In this document: positions 1 to 7,683 of the stretch, piece by piece
Layout of the letters: each line of letters starts with the position of its first letter
How positions within the stretch are numbered: position 1 is the first letter of the stretch
Assembly (NCBI GenBank): GCA_035759585.1
Contig: DASTUP010000249.1
Span: 1 to 53,048, forward strand
Source of the DNA: Gemmatimonadales bacterium
Lineage (GTDB): Bacteria; Gemmatimonadota; Gemmatimonadetes; Gemmatimonadales; GWC2-71-9
DNA length: 53,048 nucleotides
Direction: 5' to 3'
The notes under the pieces: model-generated
What the model was told of the DNA's origin: nothing
Seen by the model: the letters and a program-made list of their open reading frames with translations, nothing else
Databases searched by the model: none
Program-made: the position numbers and the translations under genes

Positions 1-62
1 GAAAGGCGGAGTCGCGCGCGGGACTCGGAGCGATCACGCGGGCGCAGGCGAGAATCCAGAAG

Positions 63-374
63 GTGGTCATCGCCCCCGGCGCGCTCCTCGTGGTCCTGTC
101 GGGCCTGATCCTGACCATGCGATTCATGGGCGCGATGACCACGGCGATGAGCCCCTGGCTCATGGCGATGCAGGGCGCCGGCGTCGTCGGCGCCCTGATC
201 ACGCTGATGATCGGACTCCCCACGGCCTCCCGCCTCAGCCGGATCGACGCGGAAGGCCAGACGGCGGCCTACTTCGACGAGCTGCGCGGGCGGATGCGAG
301 TGGCGGCGTCGGTGTCGGGCGTACTCGCGCTCTTTGCGCTCGTGGCGGCGGTCGTGTACCGGATGGGTGGGTAA
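63..374 (+). CDS. Small integral membrane protein, possibly 5'-truncated by the window edge
   Basis: 103-aa ORF with three hydrophobic helices (LLVVLSGLILTM, GVVGALITLMIGL, VLALFALVAAVVY). The GTG start is at 63, but the same frame has no stop back to base 3, so the gene may start upstream of the window. Confidence 0.4.
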   Translation: MVIAPGALLVVLSGLILTMRFMGAMTTAMSPWLMAMQGAGVVGALITLMIGLPTASRLSRIDAEGQTAAYFDELRGRMRVAASVSGVLALFALVAAVVYRMGG

Positions 375-375
375 A

Positions 376-792
376 GGCACACGAAAACACGAAAGGACGA
401 AAGGCGCGGGAGTCGAGCGGGTCGCGGCGGATCGCGCGGGGCTTCGGCGGAATCGCGAAACCGCGGAAAACGCACCGCGAAGGCAAGAAGGGCGCAAAGG
501 GGTCCGTTCTACGCGAACATCAACAACACAATCAAGTTCTTCTGGATCGTTTTGTTGATGCCGGCAGGCCACGGAGCCCTTTGCGTCCTTCTTGCCTTTG
601 CGGTGAGATAAACACAATCCCTTTCTCCGCATCCTCAGCGCCCGCTGCCGGTCTGCCGTTACCCGGAGTTGTCATATGGACCGGGCAGGTTCGCGGGCTT
701 TCAGATCCTGTCGCGCTTTCGCGATTAGCTCATGCCCGCCCGACTCGCCGATCCCGTCGCGTCCACGGCGCCTTTCGTCCTCTCGTGTGCAC
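376..792. repeat. Nested inverted-repeat element filling the intergenic gap (MITE-like element or structured RNA)
   Basis: Outer arms 377-407 (GCACACGAAAACACGAAAGGACGAAAGGCGC) and 768-790 (GCGCCTTTCGTCCTCTCGTGTGC) are reverse complements apart from an 8-nt indel. Middle arms 451-465/712-726 match 14/15. An inner hairpin 476-501/577-602 matches 24/26 and has an AT-richer loop carrying its own 9-bp stem (518-526/552-560). A further stem lies at 640-653/679-698. No credible ORF. Confidence 0.55.
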
Positions 793-803
793 AGTTCAAC
801 GCC

Positions 804-1484
804 TTAGCGCCGCACGAAGCGGCGCCCCGTAGCACAGACCCTTCGTACCGGGCACGCATCACACCGGGCAATGCGCGCCGTGCAGATCAGCGCGCCCAGC
901 TCCATGATCCCCTGATTGAAAGCCCACGCGGACGCGCCGCGGCGCGGGACGAGGCGCTCCGCGGTGGCCCACAGCTTCCGGTCGCCTGCGCTGCCGGCGG
1001 CACGGGGATGGAAGGCGCGGCGAATCACGCGGGCCACGTTGGTGTCGACCGCCGGCGTCGGCTTCTCGAAGGCAAAGCTCGCCACCGCTCCCGCCGTGTA
1101 GCGGCCGATGCCGGGAAGGAGCCGGAGTCGCGCCGGATCGTCCGGGATGACGCCGCCGTGCTCCGCCGTCACGACCTGGGCGAGCTTCTGGAGATTGGCC
1201 GCTCGGCGGTAGTAGCCGAGCCCTTCCCAGCTTTCGCGGACCTGGGCGGGAGGGGCGGTGGCGAGCGAGTCGAGCGAGGGGTACCGCGCGAGGAAGCGGT
1301 GATAGTAATCCTCGACCCGCGCCACCTGCGTCTGCTGCAGCATCACTTCGGAGACCAGGACGTGGTACGGATCCCGGGTCCGGCGCCAGGGAAGGTCCCG
1401 GCCGTACCGGCGGAACCAGCGGAGGAGGCGGCCCCGGAACTCCTGCACCCGCACTGACGTGTCAAGACTGGACTTACGCGGCAT
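804..1484 (-). CDS. mutY: HhH-GPD / 4Fe-4S adenine (MutY/Mig family) DNA glycosylase, catalytic core only
   Basis: LPWRRTRDPYHVLVSEVMLQQTQV, the HhH-GPD region (LLPGIGRYTAGAV, VDTNVARV) and a C-terminal Cys cluster (CTARIARCDACPVRRVC). I placed the start at ATG 1484 (MPRKSS...) because the longer ORF to 1577 would overlap divergent mlaE. At about 226 aa it lacks the MutY C-terminal NUDIX-like domain. Confidence 0.8.
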   Translation of the reverse strand: MPRKSSLDTSVRVQEFRGRLLRWFRRYGRDLPWRRTRDPYHVLVSEVMLQQTQVARVEDYYHRFLARYPSLDSLATAPPAQVRESWEGLGYYRRAANLQKLAQVVTAEHGGVIPDDPARLRLLPGIGRYTAGAVASFAFEKPTPAVDTNVARVIRRAFHPRAAGSAGDRKLWATAERLVPRRGASAWAFNQGIMELGALICTARIARCDACPVRRVCATGRRFVRR

Positions 1485-1505
1485 GGTCCGACAAGATACA
1501 ACCCA

Positions 1506-2300
1506 ATGACAGCCCGGGCGCAGTCCTTCGATATTCGGCAGTCCGTCGGGCGCAGCGTCCTCGGCGGGCTCTCCCATTCCGGCCGGTTCTCCTACTTCCT
1601 CGCTGACGCATTCCGTGGGCTTCCGGAGATCCGCATCTGGTGGCCGCGGATGCTGATCGAGGCGTGGAACATCGGGATCGGGAGCCTGCTGATCGTCATC
1701 CTGATCTCGGCGTTTGCCGGCGCGGTCACCGCGCTGCAGACGGGCTACCAGTTCACCGGCAGCATCCCGTACTATGTCGTCGGCACGCTGGTCGTCTCCT
1801 CGATCATCCTCGAGCTCGGTCCCGTGCTCACCGCGCTGATCCTGAGCGGGCGGATCGGCGCGCGCTACGCCGCGGAGCTCGGCACGATGCGCGTGACCGA
1901 GCAGATCGACGCGCTCGAGTCGCTCGGCCGCTCACCGGCATCGCATCTGGTCCTGCCGCGCGTGATCGCGGGCTTCATCATGATTCCGGCGCTTACGGTC
2001 TTCGCGAACCTGTCCGGCGTGCTCGCGGGGTGGCTCTCGGTCAAGGCCGTGCTGCCGGTGACGGACGCGGACTTCATCTATGGCGCCCAGTACTACTATC
2101 GCCCGTTCGACGCGTACTACTCGCTCATCAAGGCGTTCTTCTTTGCCGGCGCGATCACGACGATCTCCTGCTACATGGGCTTCAACACCCAGCAGGGCGC
2201 CGAGGGCGTGGGCAAGTCGACCACGACGGCGGTGGTCGCGAGCTCCGTGCTGATCCTCGTGCTCGACGTCGTCATCACCCGCATCCTGCTCAACCAGTGA
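1506..2300 (+). CDS. mlaE: MlaE-family ABC transporter permease (phospholipid/lipid maintenance)
   Basis: 264-aa polytopic protein with the family signature QIDALESLGRSPASHLVLPRVIAGFIMIPALT. It is followed by the ATPase and the MCE protein. Confidence 0.9.
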   Translation: MTARAQSFDIRQSVGRSVLGGLSHSGRFSYFLADAFRGLPEIRIWWPRMLIEAWNIGIGSLLIVILISAFAGAVTALQTGYQFTGSIPYYVVGTLVVSSIILELGPVLTALILSGRIGARYAAELGTMRVTEQIDALESLGRSPASHLVLPRVIAGFIMIPALTVFANLSGVLAGWLSVKAVLPVTDADFIYGAQYYYRPFDAYYSLIKAFFFAGAITTISCYMGFNTQQGAEGVGKSTTTAVVASSVLILVLDVVITRILLNQ

Positions 2301-3052
2301 TCTCGCTCCGCGGTGTCGTCAAGCGGTTCGGCACGCAGACGGTGCTGAACGGCGTGGACTTCGAGGTGCAGGATGGGGAGACCGTCGCCCTGCTCGGCCC
2401 CTCGGGGACGGGAAAGAGCGTGCTGCTCAAGCACATCATCGGGCTCATCAAGCCGGATGCGGGGTCGATCATCGTGGACGGCAAGGACGTGAGCCATCTC
2501 GACCGGAGAGCGCTCGCCGAGTTCCGGCAGAGCATCGGCTACGTCTTCCAGAACGGCGCACTCTTCGACTCCGACAACGTCTTCGAGAACGTGCGGCTCG
2601 GGATCGTGGACGAGGAGAAGTTCAACGACATCGAGTATGCCACCGAGCGCGTGACGCAGTGCATCAGGCTGGTGAACCTGCAGCCCGACGTCGTTCTGCA
2701 GAAGTATCCGGCGGAGCTGTCGGGGGGAATGCGGAAGCGGGTCGGCATCGCGCGCGCGATCGCGGGAAGTCCCAAGTACCTGCTCTACGACGAGCCCACG
2801 TCGGGCCTCGATCCCGTGAATGCCGACATCATCGACGAGCTCGTCAAGCGGCTCGACGAGGAGCTCGGCGTCACCAGCGTGATGGTGACGCACGACGTGC
2901 GCGGCGCCTTCCGCGTGGCGAACCGCCTCGCGCTCCTGAGCGAGGGGCAGATCGTCATGCAGGGCACGCCCCAGGAATTTCTCGAGTCGAAGAACCCGAA
3001 GGTGCAGGAATTCCTCGAGCGCGACTTCGACAATCCTTCTTTCGCGGCCTGA
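2297..3052 (+). CDS. mlaF: MlaF-family ABC transporter ATP-binding protein
   Basis: Walker A GPSGTGKS, ABC signature LSGGMRKR and Walker B LLYDEPTSGLD. GTG 2297 overlaps the mlaE stop (GTGA). The upstream part of the 470-aa ORF from 1640 lies over mlaE in another frame. Confidence 0.9.
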   Translation: MISLRGVVKRFGTQTVLNGVDFEVQDGETVALLGPSGTGKSVLLKHIIGLIKPDAGSIIVDGKDVSHLDRRALAEFRQSIGYVFQNGALFDSDNVFENVRLGIVDEEKFNDIEYATERVTQCIRLVNLQPDVVLQKYPAELSGGMRKRVGIARAIAGSPKYLLYDEPTSGLDPVNADIIDELVKRLDEELGVTSVMVTHDVRGAFRVANRLALLSEGQIVMQGTPQEFLESKNPKVQEFLERDFDNPSFAA

Positions 3053-3058
3053 GTACCC

Positions 3059-3961
3059 ATGGATCTCCGCTTCGGACGGGAAGTGATCGTAGGCACGATG
3101 GTCATCGTCGCGCTCGTCGTCTTCGTCTTCGGCACGATGTGGCTGAGCGGCCGCTCGTTCTCGGACGACGACCTGCTGCGCATCCAGTTCGAGGACGTGA
3201 GCGGGCTCAAGCGCGCCTCGCCGGTCCGCGTGTCGGGCGTGACGGTGGGGAAGGTGGAGCAGATCGAGTTCCGCGGCGTGGGCAACGTGCTCGTGACCGT
3301 GGGCGTGGGCGACCAGATCACCCCGACCACCGAAGCGACCGCGACGATCGTGAGCGTGAGCCTCGTGGGCGATTACGCGGTGGATATCGATCCGGGCACC
3401 GGAACGCCGCTCGCCGATGGAGCCGTGATCGTCGGAGCCCGTGAGGTCGGGCTCTCGGAGAAGGCCGCCGGCATGACCGGCCGGATCGATACGATCCTCA
3501 GCGGCGTACAGGCGATGGTGAGCCCCGAGATGACGCGGCGGCTGGAGCAGACGATGGAGAACCTCCAGGGCACCCTCGCCGCGGCGCAGCAGACGATGGC
3601 GATCTACGGCAATCCGAACCGGGGCCCGACGGCCGAGCTCACGCGCACCATGGCGCAGTTCCGCCAGCTCGGGGCCACCCTCGATTCGACGCTCGCGAAC
3701 CCCGCGCTGCAGAACGCCCTCGGCCGGAGCGACTCGCTGGTGCAGAACCTGAACGCGATGTCGCAGGCTTTCGCGGCAACCGGCTCCCGCCTCGATTCCC
3801 TCCTCGCCAGCATCAGCGCCGGCGAAGGCACCCTCGGGAAGCTCGCCACGGACAGCACGTTCTACTGGAACATGACGCGGGCGATGGCGAGCTTCGATTC
3901 GCTGCTGGCGGAGATCAAGCGGAACCCGGGGAAGATTCCGATTCAGGTGAGGATCTTCTAG
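3059..3961 (+). CDS. mlaD: MlaD/MCE-domain substrate-binding protein
   Basis: N-terminal membrane anchor (VIVGTMVIVALVVFVFG) followed by an MCE-type region (LRIQFEDVSGLKRASPVRVSGVTVGKVEQIEF). It is the third gene of the operon. Confidence 0.85.
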   Translation: MDLRFGREVIVGTMVIVALVVFVFGTMWLSGRSFSDDDLLRIQFEDVSGLKRASPVRVSGVTVGKVEQIEFRGVGNVLVTVGVGDQITPTTEATATIVSVSLVGDYAVDIDPGTGTPLADGAVIVGAREVGLSEKAAGMTGRIDTILSGVQAMVSPEMTRRLEQTMENLQGTLAAAQQTMAIYGNPNRGPTAELTRTMAQFRQLGATLDSTLANPALQNALGRSDSLVQNLNAMSQAFAATGSRLDSLLASISAGEGTLGKLATDSTFYWNMTRAMASFDSLLAEIKRNPGKIPIQVRIF

Positions 3962-3987
3962 GGGGGACCGGTGACGGCGGGCAACTT

Positions 3988-4075
3988 GTCATCCCGAGGG
4001 AGCAACGCGACCGAGGGATCTGCCAACCGGTCTCCGGAACTCGCCAGGTAGATCCCTCGCTGCGCTCGGGATGAC
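3988..4075. repeat. Pair of inverted REP-like palindromic units forming a hairpin downstream of mlaD
   Basis: GTCATCCCGAGGGAGCAACGCGACCGAGGGATC (3988-4020) faces GATCCCTCGCTGCGCTCGGGATGAC (4051-4075). The 30-nt spacer has its own CCGGTCTCCGG stem. The unit resembles the widespread GTCATCC.GAGCG.AGCGA.GGATC-type bacterial repeat, which produces spurious 'PERSEGS'/'SRAQRGI' ORFs like those seen here. Confidence 0.55.
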
Positions 4076-4146
4076 ACCGATGGCCGCCCGACCCCCACCG
4101 CCCGACCCTCACCGTCCGAGCATCCGACCCCCACTATCTTCTCGGC

Positions 4147-5067
4147 ATGCCCCTCACCGTGACCTTCCTCGGCACCGGCGCCGCCTGCCCGTCCGTGGAC
4201 CGCAACGTCGCCTCCATCGCGCTCACGCGCGAGGGCGAGACCATGCTGCTCGATTGCGGCGAGGGAACGCAGCGGCAGATGATGCGGTATGGAGTGGGGT
4301 TCACGTTCCGCGAGATCTACTTCACGCATTATCACGCCGATCACATTCTCGGGCTCACCGGACTGCTGCGCACCATGGGCCTGCAGGACCGCACGGCGCC
4401 GGTCAAGCTGTACGGTCCGCGCGGCGCCGAGCGGGTCCTCGGGGCGGCACTGGCGCTCGGCATCGAGCGAAATCGCTTTCCGGTCGAGATCATCGAGGTG
4501 AAAGCGGGAGACCGGATAGCGCACGAGCAGTACGACATGGTCGCGTTCGAGGCGGATCACCGTGCCGACACGATCGGCTGGGCGCTCGTCGAGCACGAGC
4601 GGCTCGGCCGGTTCGATCCGGAGCGCGCGCGGGCGCTTGGCGTGCCCGAGGGACCGCTCTGGGGGAAGATCCACAAGGGTGAAGCGGTCACGCTCGACGA
4701 CGGGAGGGTCGTCACGCCGGCGGAGCTCGTCGGCCCGACGCGCCGCGGGCGGACCATCGTCTACTCGGGGGATACGCGGCCGAGCCCGCTTGTGGCTGCG
4801 GTGGCGCGCGGGGCGGATCTCCTGGTTCACGAGGCGACGTTCTCGAGCGAGGAGCTTGCGCGCGCCGAGGAGACGGGGCACTCGACGGCGGCGCAGGCGG
4901 CACGGATCGCGGCGGAGGCCGGCGTGAGGCAGCTCGTGCTCACGCACATCAGCCCGCGCTACACACGCGATGCGCCCGAGCTCCTCGCCGAAGCGCGCGC
5001 GGTCTTTTCGAGCGTCATCGTCGCGAAGGACGGCATGACGCTCGATGTCCCGTACGCCGACGATTGA
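4147..5067 (+). CDS. rnz: Ribonuclease Z (tRNA 3' endonuclease)
   Basis: 306 aa. N-terminus LTVTFLGTGAACPS and metallo-beta-lactamase motif HYHADHILG, with later GDT and HEAT/H-S motifs. Size and motif order match RNase Z. Confidence 0.9.
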   Translation: MPLTVTFLGTGAACPSVDRNVASIALTREGETMLLDCGEGTQRQMMRYGVGFTFREIYFTHYHADHILGLTGLLRTMGLQDRTAPVKLYGPRGAERVLGAALALGIERNRFPVEIIEVKAGDRIAHEQYDMVAFEADHRADTIGWALVEHERLGRFDPERARALGVPEGPLWGKIHKGEAVTLDDGRVVTPAELVGPTRRGRTIVYSGDTRPSPLVAAVARGADLLVHEATFSSEELARAEETGHSTAAQAARIAAEAGVRQLVLTHISPRYTRDAPELLAEARAVFSSVIVAKDGMTLDVPYADD

Positions 5068-5101
5068 CCTATGCCGTTATCCCGATAGAGTTTACGCCGC
5101 C

Positions 5102-5130
5102 TTGACCGGGGTCGCCCCGGTGGTTAGCTT
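5102..5130 (+). promoter_or_regulatory. Candidate sigma70-type promoter for the tRNA pair
   Basis: TTGACC (5102-5107), a 17-nt spacer, then TAGCTT (5125-5130), about 30 nt upstream of tRNA-Ala. Sequence pattern only. Confidence 0.3.
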
Positions 5131-5161
5131 TGGCCCTCTTCGGGTGATCCTCGGACCCCGC

Positions 5162-5234
5162 GGGGCTGTAGCTCAGCTGGGAGAGCGCTGCAATCGCACT
5201 GCAGAGGTCAGGGGTTCGATCCCCCTCAGCTCCA
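5162..5234 (+). tRNA. tRNA-Ala (anticodon CGC), no encoded CCA
   Basis: The cloverleaf was folded by hand. Acceptor GGGGCTG/CAGCTCC includes the G3:U70 alanine identity pair. D arm GCTC-AGCTGGGA-GAGC. Anticodon arm CTGCA-ATCGCAC-TGCAG (CGC at 5195-5197). T arm AGGGG-TTCGATC-CCCCT. Discriminator A is followed by TGA, not CCA. Confidence 0.9.
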
Positions 5235-5251
5235 TGAAAAATCGAATCCAG

Positions 5252-5324
5252 TGCCCCTTGGTGTAACTGGCAACACGCCTGACTCTGGATCAGGAGAGTC
5301 CTGGTTCGAGCCCAGGAGGGGCAA
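5252..5324 (+). tRNA. tRNA-Gln (anticodon CUG), no encoded CCA
   Basis: Acceptor TGCCCCT/AGGGGCA (U1:A72, as is typical of bacterial tRNA-Gln). Anticodon arm CCTGA-CTCTGGA-TCAGG (CTG at 5285-5287). T arm CCTGG-TTCGAGC-CCAGG. It is followed by ATAC, not CCA. Confidence 0.85.
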
Positions 5325-5325
5325 T

Positions 5326-5354
5326 ACGGCCGCAGAAAGCGCGGCCGTTTTTTT
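5326..5354 (+). terminator. Rho-independent terminator after tRNA-Gln
   Basis: 8-bp GC stem ACGGCCGC/GCGGCCGT with a 7-nt loop, followed by TTTTTTT. Confidence 0.8.
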
Positions 5355-5371
5355 GTGGGCTCGGCCTTCGA

Positions 5372-5420
5372 CTCGAGCCCGGGAGGGGCAATGCCCGGGA
5401 TGACAATCCCGGGCTTTTTT
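5372..5420 (+). repeat. Degenerate copy of the tRNA-Gln 3' end plus a second terminator hairpin (att-like remnant)
   Basis: CTCGAGCCCGGGAGGGGCAAT (5372-5392) matches the tRNA-Gln T-arm/acceptor TTCGAGCCCAGGAGGGGCAAT at 19/21. It is followed by the hairpin GCCCGGGA-TGACAA-TCCCGGGC and TTTTTT (5393-5420). Confidence 0.7.
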
Positions 5421-5762
5421 CTTTGGGTCTCGCCGTCGGCCCGGGCATCTCCCATGGCAGACAAAAGGTTCGAGCGGTGGCCTCGAAGGGAAGAATCTCA
5501 TCGGTGGCCGACTCCAGCCGGTTGCAGCTCGCCAGTGCGGTCAAGTTTGACAGGTTCGTCGAGGCGCGTAACTTTCCGGCCACCGAAACACCATACCACT
5601 CCACGTATTACACGCATCCAGGGCACACTCCGCGCAAGCGGGGGTCGCAAAGCCACGGGTCCACGTCGATCAGGCGCGGATGGCCGGGTTGCTGCGAGGG
5701 ACGCTCGCCGGCCAGTCCGGCCGGGCCTGGTGTCTCTTCATCCTCCTAGCGTGAGGTCATCC

Positions 5763-6266
5763 ATGCGCTCCGGGTCTGCCCGCCGTCTGCTCCAAACCGC
5801 TCGCGCCCTGTTACACTCGGCCCCGCTTGCCCTGATGGCCGCATGCGATAGCGGCGCCCCATCCGCGCCGTCGGCCGCTCCAGAGGCTGCCTTCGACGTC
5901 GGGGGCACGCCCGCGAAGACAACCGACCAGATCGTGGTCCGTCTCAATACGGCGCCGGACGGACCGCAGGACATCGGGTTCAGGCTCACGGGTCTCAGGA
6001 AGGCCGACATACTGCTGGACGATGACAGCGATCCGAGGCTCGCGAATATGCGCGTCCTGCCGTCGCTCAAATCGGGAAATTACCTGCTGAGCGTGAAGCC
6101 GCTGCCTCCAACATATTTCCTTCAGTCGATCACCTGCCGGGAGTTCGGCCCGGTTGGATATACGAACCTCGCCTCTACGATCGACCTGCCGAGCGGCGCG
6201 GTCAACGTCAATCTGGATTCGGGCGAACGGCTCGACTGCACCTTCACAGTGGTGGAACTGAACTGA
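5763..6266 (+). CDS. Lipoprotein with a prealbumin-like (SpaA/SdrD-B-like) fold domain
   Basis: Signal and lipobox MRSGSARRLL...APLALMAAC. The C-terminal pattern GNYLLSVKPLPPTYFLQSITC...DCTFTV is typical of prealbumin-like fold domains. The longer 303-aa ORF from 5355 would run across the terminator and repeat, so the start is set at ATG 5763. Confidence 0.6.
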   Translation: MRSGSARRLLQTARALLHSAPLALMAACDSGAPSAPSAAPEAAFDVGGTPAKTTDQIVVRLNTAPDGPQDIGFRLTGLRKADILLDDDSDPRLANMRVLPSLKSGNYLLSVKPLPPTYFLQSITCREFGPVGYTNLASTIDLPSGAVNVNLDSGERLDCTFTVVELN

Positions 6267-6314
6267 CCGCGTCCGATTCAGCCTGCCAGGCCTGATTGTA
6301 ACAGGCCGCCGACT

Positions 6315-6377
6315 GTCCTGGCTCGAGCCCACGAGGTGCAATGAAGCCCGGCAATGACTCAGGTCAGGCCGGGCTTC
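6315..6377 (+). repeat. Third degenerate copy of the tRNA-Gln 3' end plus hairpin
   Basis: GTCCTGGCTCGAGCCCACGAGGTGCAAT (6315-6342) against tRNA 5298-5325 GTCCTGGTTCGAGCCCAGGAGGGGCAAT is 25/28. It is followed by a 10-bp hairpin GAAGCCCGGC...GCCGGGCTTC (6343-6377). The flank (GCAATG..GCCCGG..ATGAC) is also similar to copy 2. Confidence 0.7.
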
Positions 6378-6398
6378 CGCTTTCCGGGTCTCGCCGGC

Positions 6399-6830
6399 CT
6401 AGGGGATGTTCCTGGTGAGCGCGTCACGAATCGCGTTCTCCTTCGCCGCGATCTCGGGCCCGAAGTCCTCCGACTCCCAGAGCGGCCGGATCTCGAGGTC
6501 GCTCGGGCCCGGCATCGGGTTGGGGCACCGCTTCGCCCACTCGACCGCCTCTTCGATCGACCGGACCTGCCAGATCCAGTACCCCGCCACCAGCTCCTTC
6601 GTTTCCGCGAAGGGTCCGTCGGTCACGGACCGCTTTGGCCCATCAAAGTGAATCCGCTTCCCGAACCTGCTCGGCTTGAGCCCGTCCCCGGCCAGCATGA
6701 TCCCCGCCTTGACCAGCTCCTCGTTGTACTTCCCCATCTGCTCGAACATCTCTTCGGCCCCCTCCATCTCGAGGGGATTCGACTCCGCTTCCGACTCCTT
6801 CGTGGCCTTCACGATCACCATGACCCGCAT
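6399..6830 (-). CDS. YCII-related (DGPF motif) domain protein
   Basis: MRVMVIVKATKESEA...DGPFAETKELVAGYWIWQV shows the typical YciI-like dimeric alpha/beta-barrel signature. The start is set at ATG 6830 (MRVMVIV). Confidence 0.8.
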   Translation of the reverse strand: MRVMVIVKATKESEAESNPLEMEGAEEMFEQMGKYNEELVKAGIMLAGDGLKPSRFGKRIHFDGPKRSVTDGPFAETKELVAGYWIWQVRSIEEAVEWAKRCPNPMPGPSDLEIRPLWESEDFGPEIAAKENAIRDALTRNIP

Positions 6831-7090
6831 AGGACCTCCTCCATGATTGTGAGCGGCCCCGGTGGCCTGCTCTGCCCATACGTCGTCCGGGGGGAGCTGG
6901 AATCGACATCCTGTCACCTTCCCCCCGGAATTTTCGATCTCTCATTTGACGGGCACAGTCCTGCATCGCGAATGCCGGGAACGGGTTAGGCGATGCAGAC
7001 GTCAGCCGTCCGATTGACGTCGCTCCGGGCGCGCCCTAAGTTGGCCTGAAACCCCTCTATCGTTCATCAGGCCACCCAGGAGCATAGCGC

Positions 7091-7654
7091 GTGGATGCGC
7101 CGATCGGCGATCTGATCCGCACCGCCGATACCGGCGATGCGGGAGCGGCCCGCACGCTCTTTGACGCGCTCTACCGGGAGCTCCACGGGATCGCGGAGCG
7201 CGAGCTGCGCCGAGGCGGACGGGAGCTCACGCTCGGCGCCACGACGTTGCTGCACGAAGCATATCTCAATGTCGCGCGCCGCGAAGGCGTTCAGTTCGCG
7301 AGCCGCGACGCGTTCCTCGGGTATGCCGCCCGCGCCATGCGCGGACTGATGATCGACTATGCGCGTCGCCGCCGTGCTACCAAGCGGGGCGGCGAGTTCC
7401 ATATCACGTCGCCCGATTCGGAGATTCCCGATGACGGCCGCGGCGAGTCGGCAGCGGAGCTCGAGGATCTTGGCGGGGCGCTCGAAGTGCTCGCAGGCGT
7501 GAATCCCGAGCTCGCGCAACTCGTGGACTTGCATTTTTTCTGCGGCTATTCGTTCTCCGAGATTGCGGAGCTCCGCGGCATCTCGGAGCGGACGGTATAC
7601 CGCGACTGGCGTCGGGCCCGCCTGCTGCTGCACCGGACGCTCGAGGAGCGCTGA
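7091..7654 (+). CDS. ECF-type RNA polymerase sigma factor (kinase-associated, TIGR02999-like type)
   Basis: Region 2 TLLHEAYLNV and region 4 HTH FFCGYSFSEIAELRGISERTVYRDWRRARLLL. There is no adjacent anti-sigma factor and a Ser/Thr kinase gene follows 30 nt downstream. GTG start. Confidence 0.85.
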   Translation: MDAPIGDLIRTADTGDAGAARTLFDALYRELHGIAERELRRGGRELTLGATTLLHEAYLNVARREGVQFASRDAFLGYAARAMRGLMIDYARRRRATKRGGEFHITSPDSEIPDDGRGESAAELEDLGGALEVLAGVNPELAQLVDLHFFCGYSFSEIAELRGISERTVYRDWRRARLLLHRTLEER

Positions 7655-7683
7655 CCCGCCAGGCGCGGGTCAGGCGAAGGACC

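Noticed and set aside
1640-2296. N-terminal 219-codon extension of the mlaF ORF (the 470-aa ORF starting at 1640).
   Set aside because: It lies entirely over mlaE in another frame and its composition is not protein-like. GTG 2297, right at the mlaE stop, gives a normal-length ABC ATPase.
3958-4947. 329-aa minus-strand ORF opposite rnz.
   Set aside because: It is antisense to a well-supported RNase Z gene and is Arg-rich and low complexity. Its C-terminus is generated by the REP-like repeat.
5355-5762. The upstream 136 codons of the 303-aa ORF 5355-6266, and the 108-aa ORF 5423-5749.
   Set aside because: They would begin inside the tRNA terminator and att-like repeat and encode non-protein-like sequence. 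A signal peptide with a lipobox begins at ATG 5763.
5421-6314. I looked for an integrase, excisionase or transposase that would make the tRNA-Gln islet an active mobile element.
   Set aside because: No such ORF exists in any frame. Only the lipoprotein gene is credible, so I call it a scar or islet rather than a mobile element.
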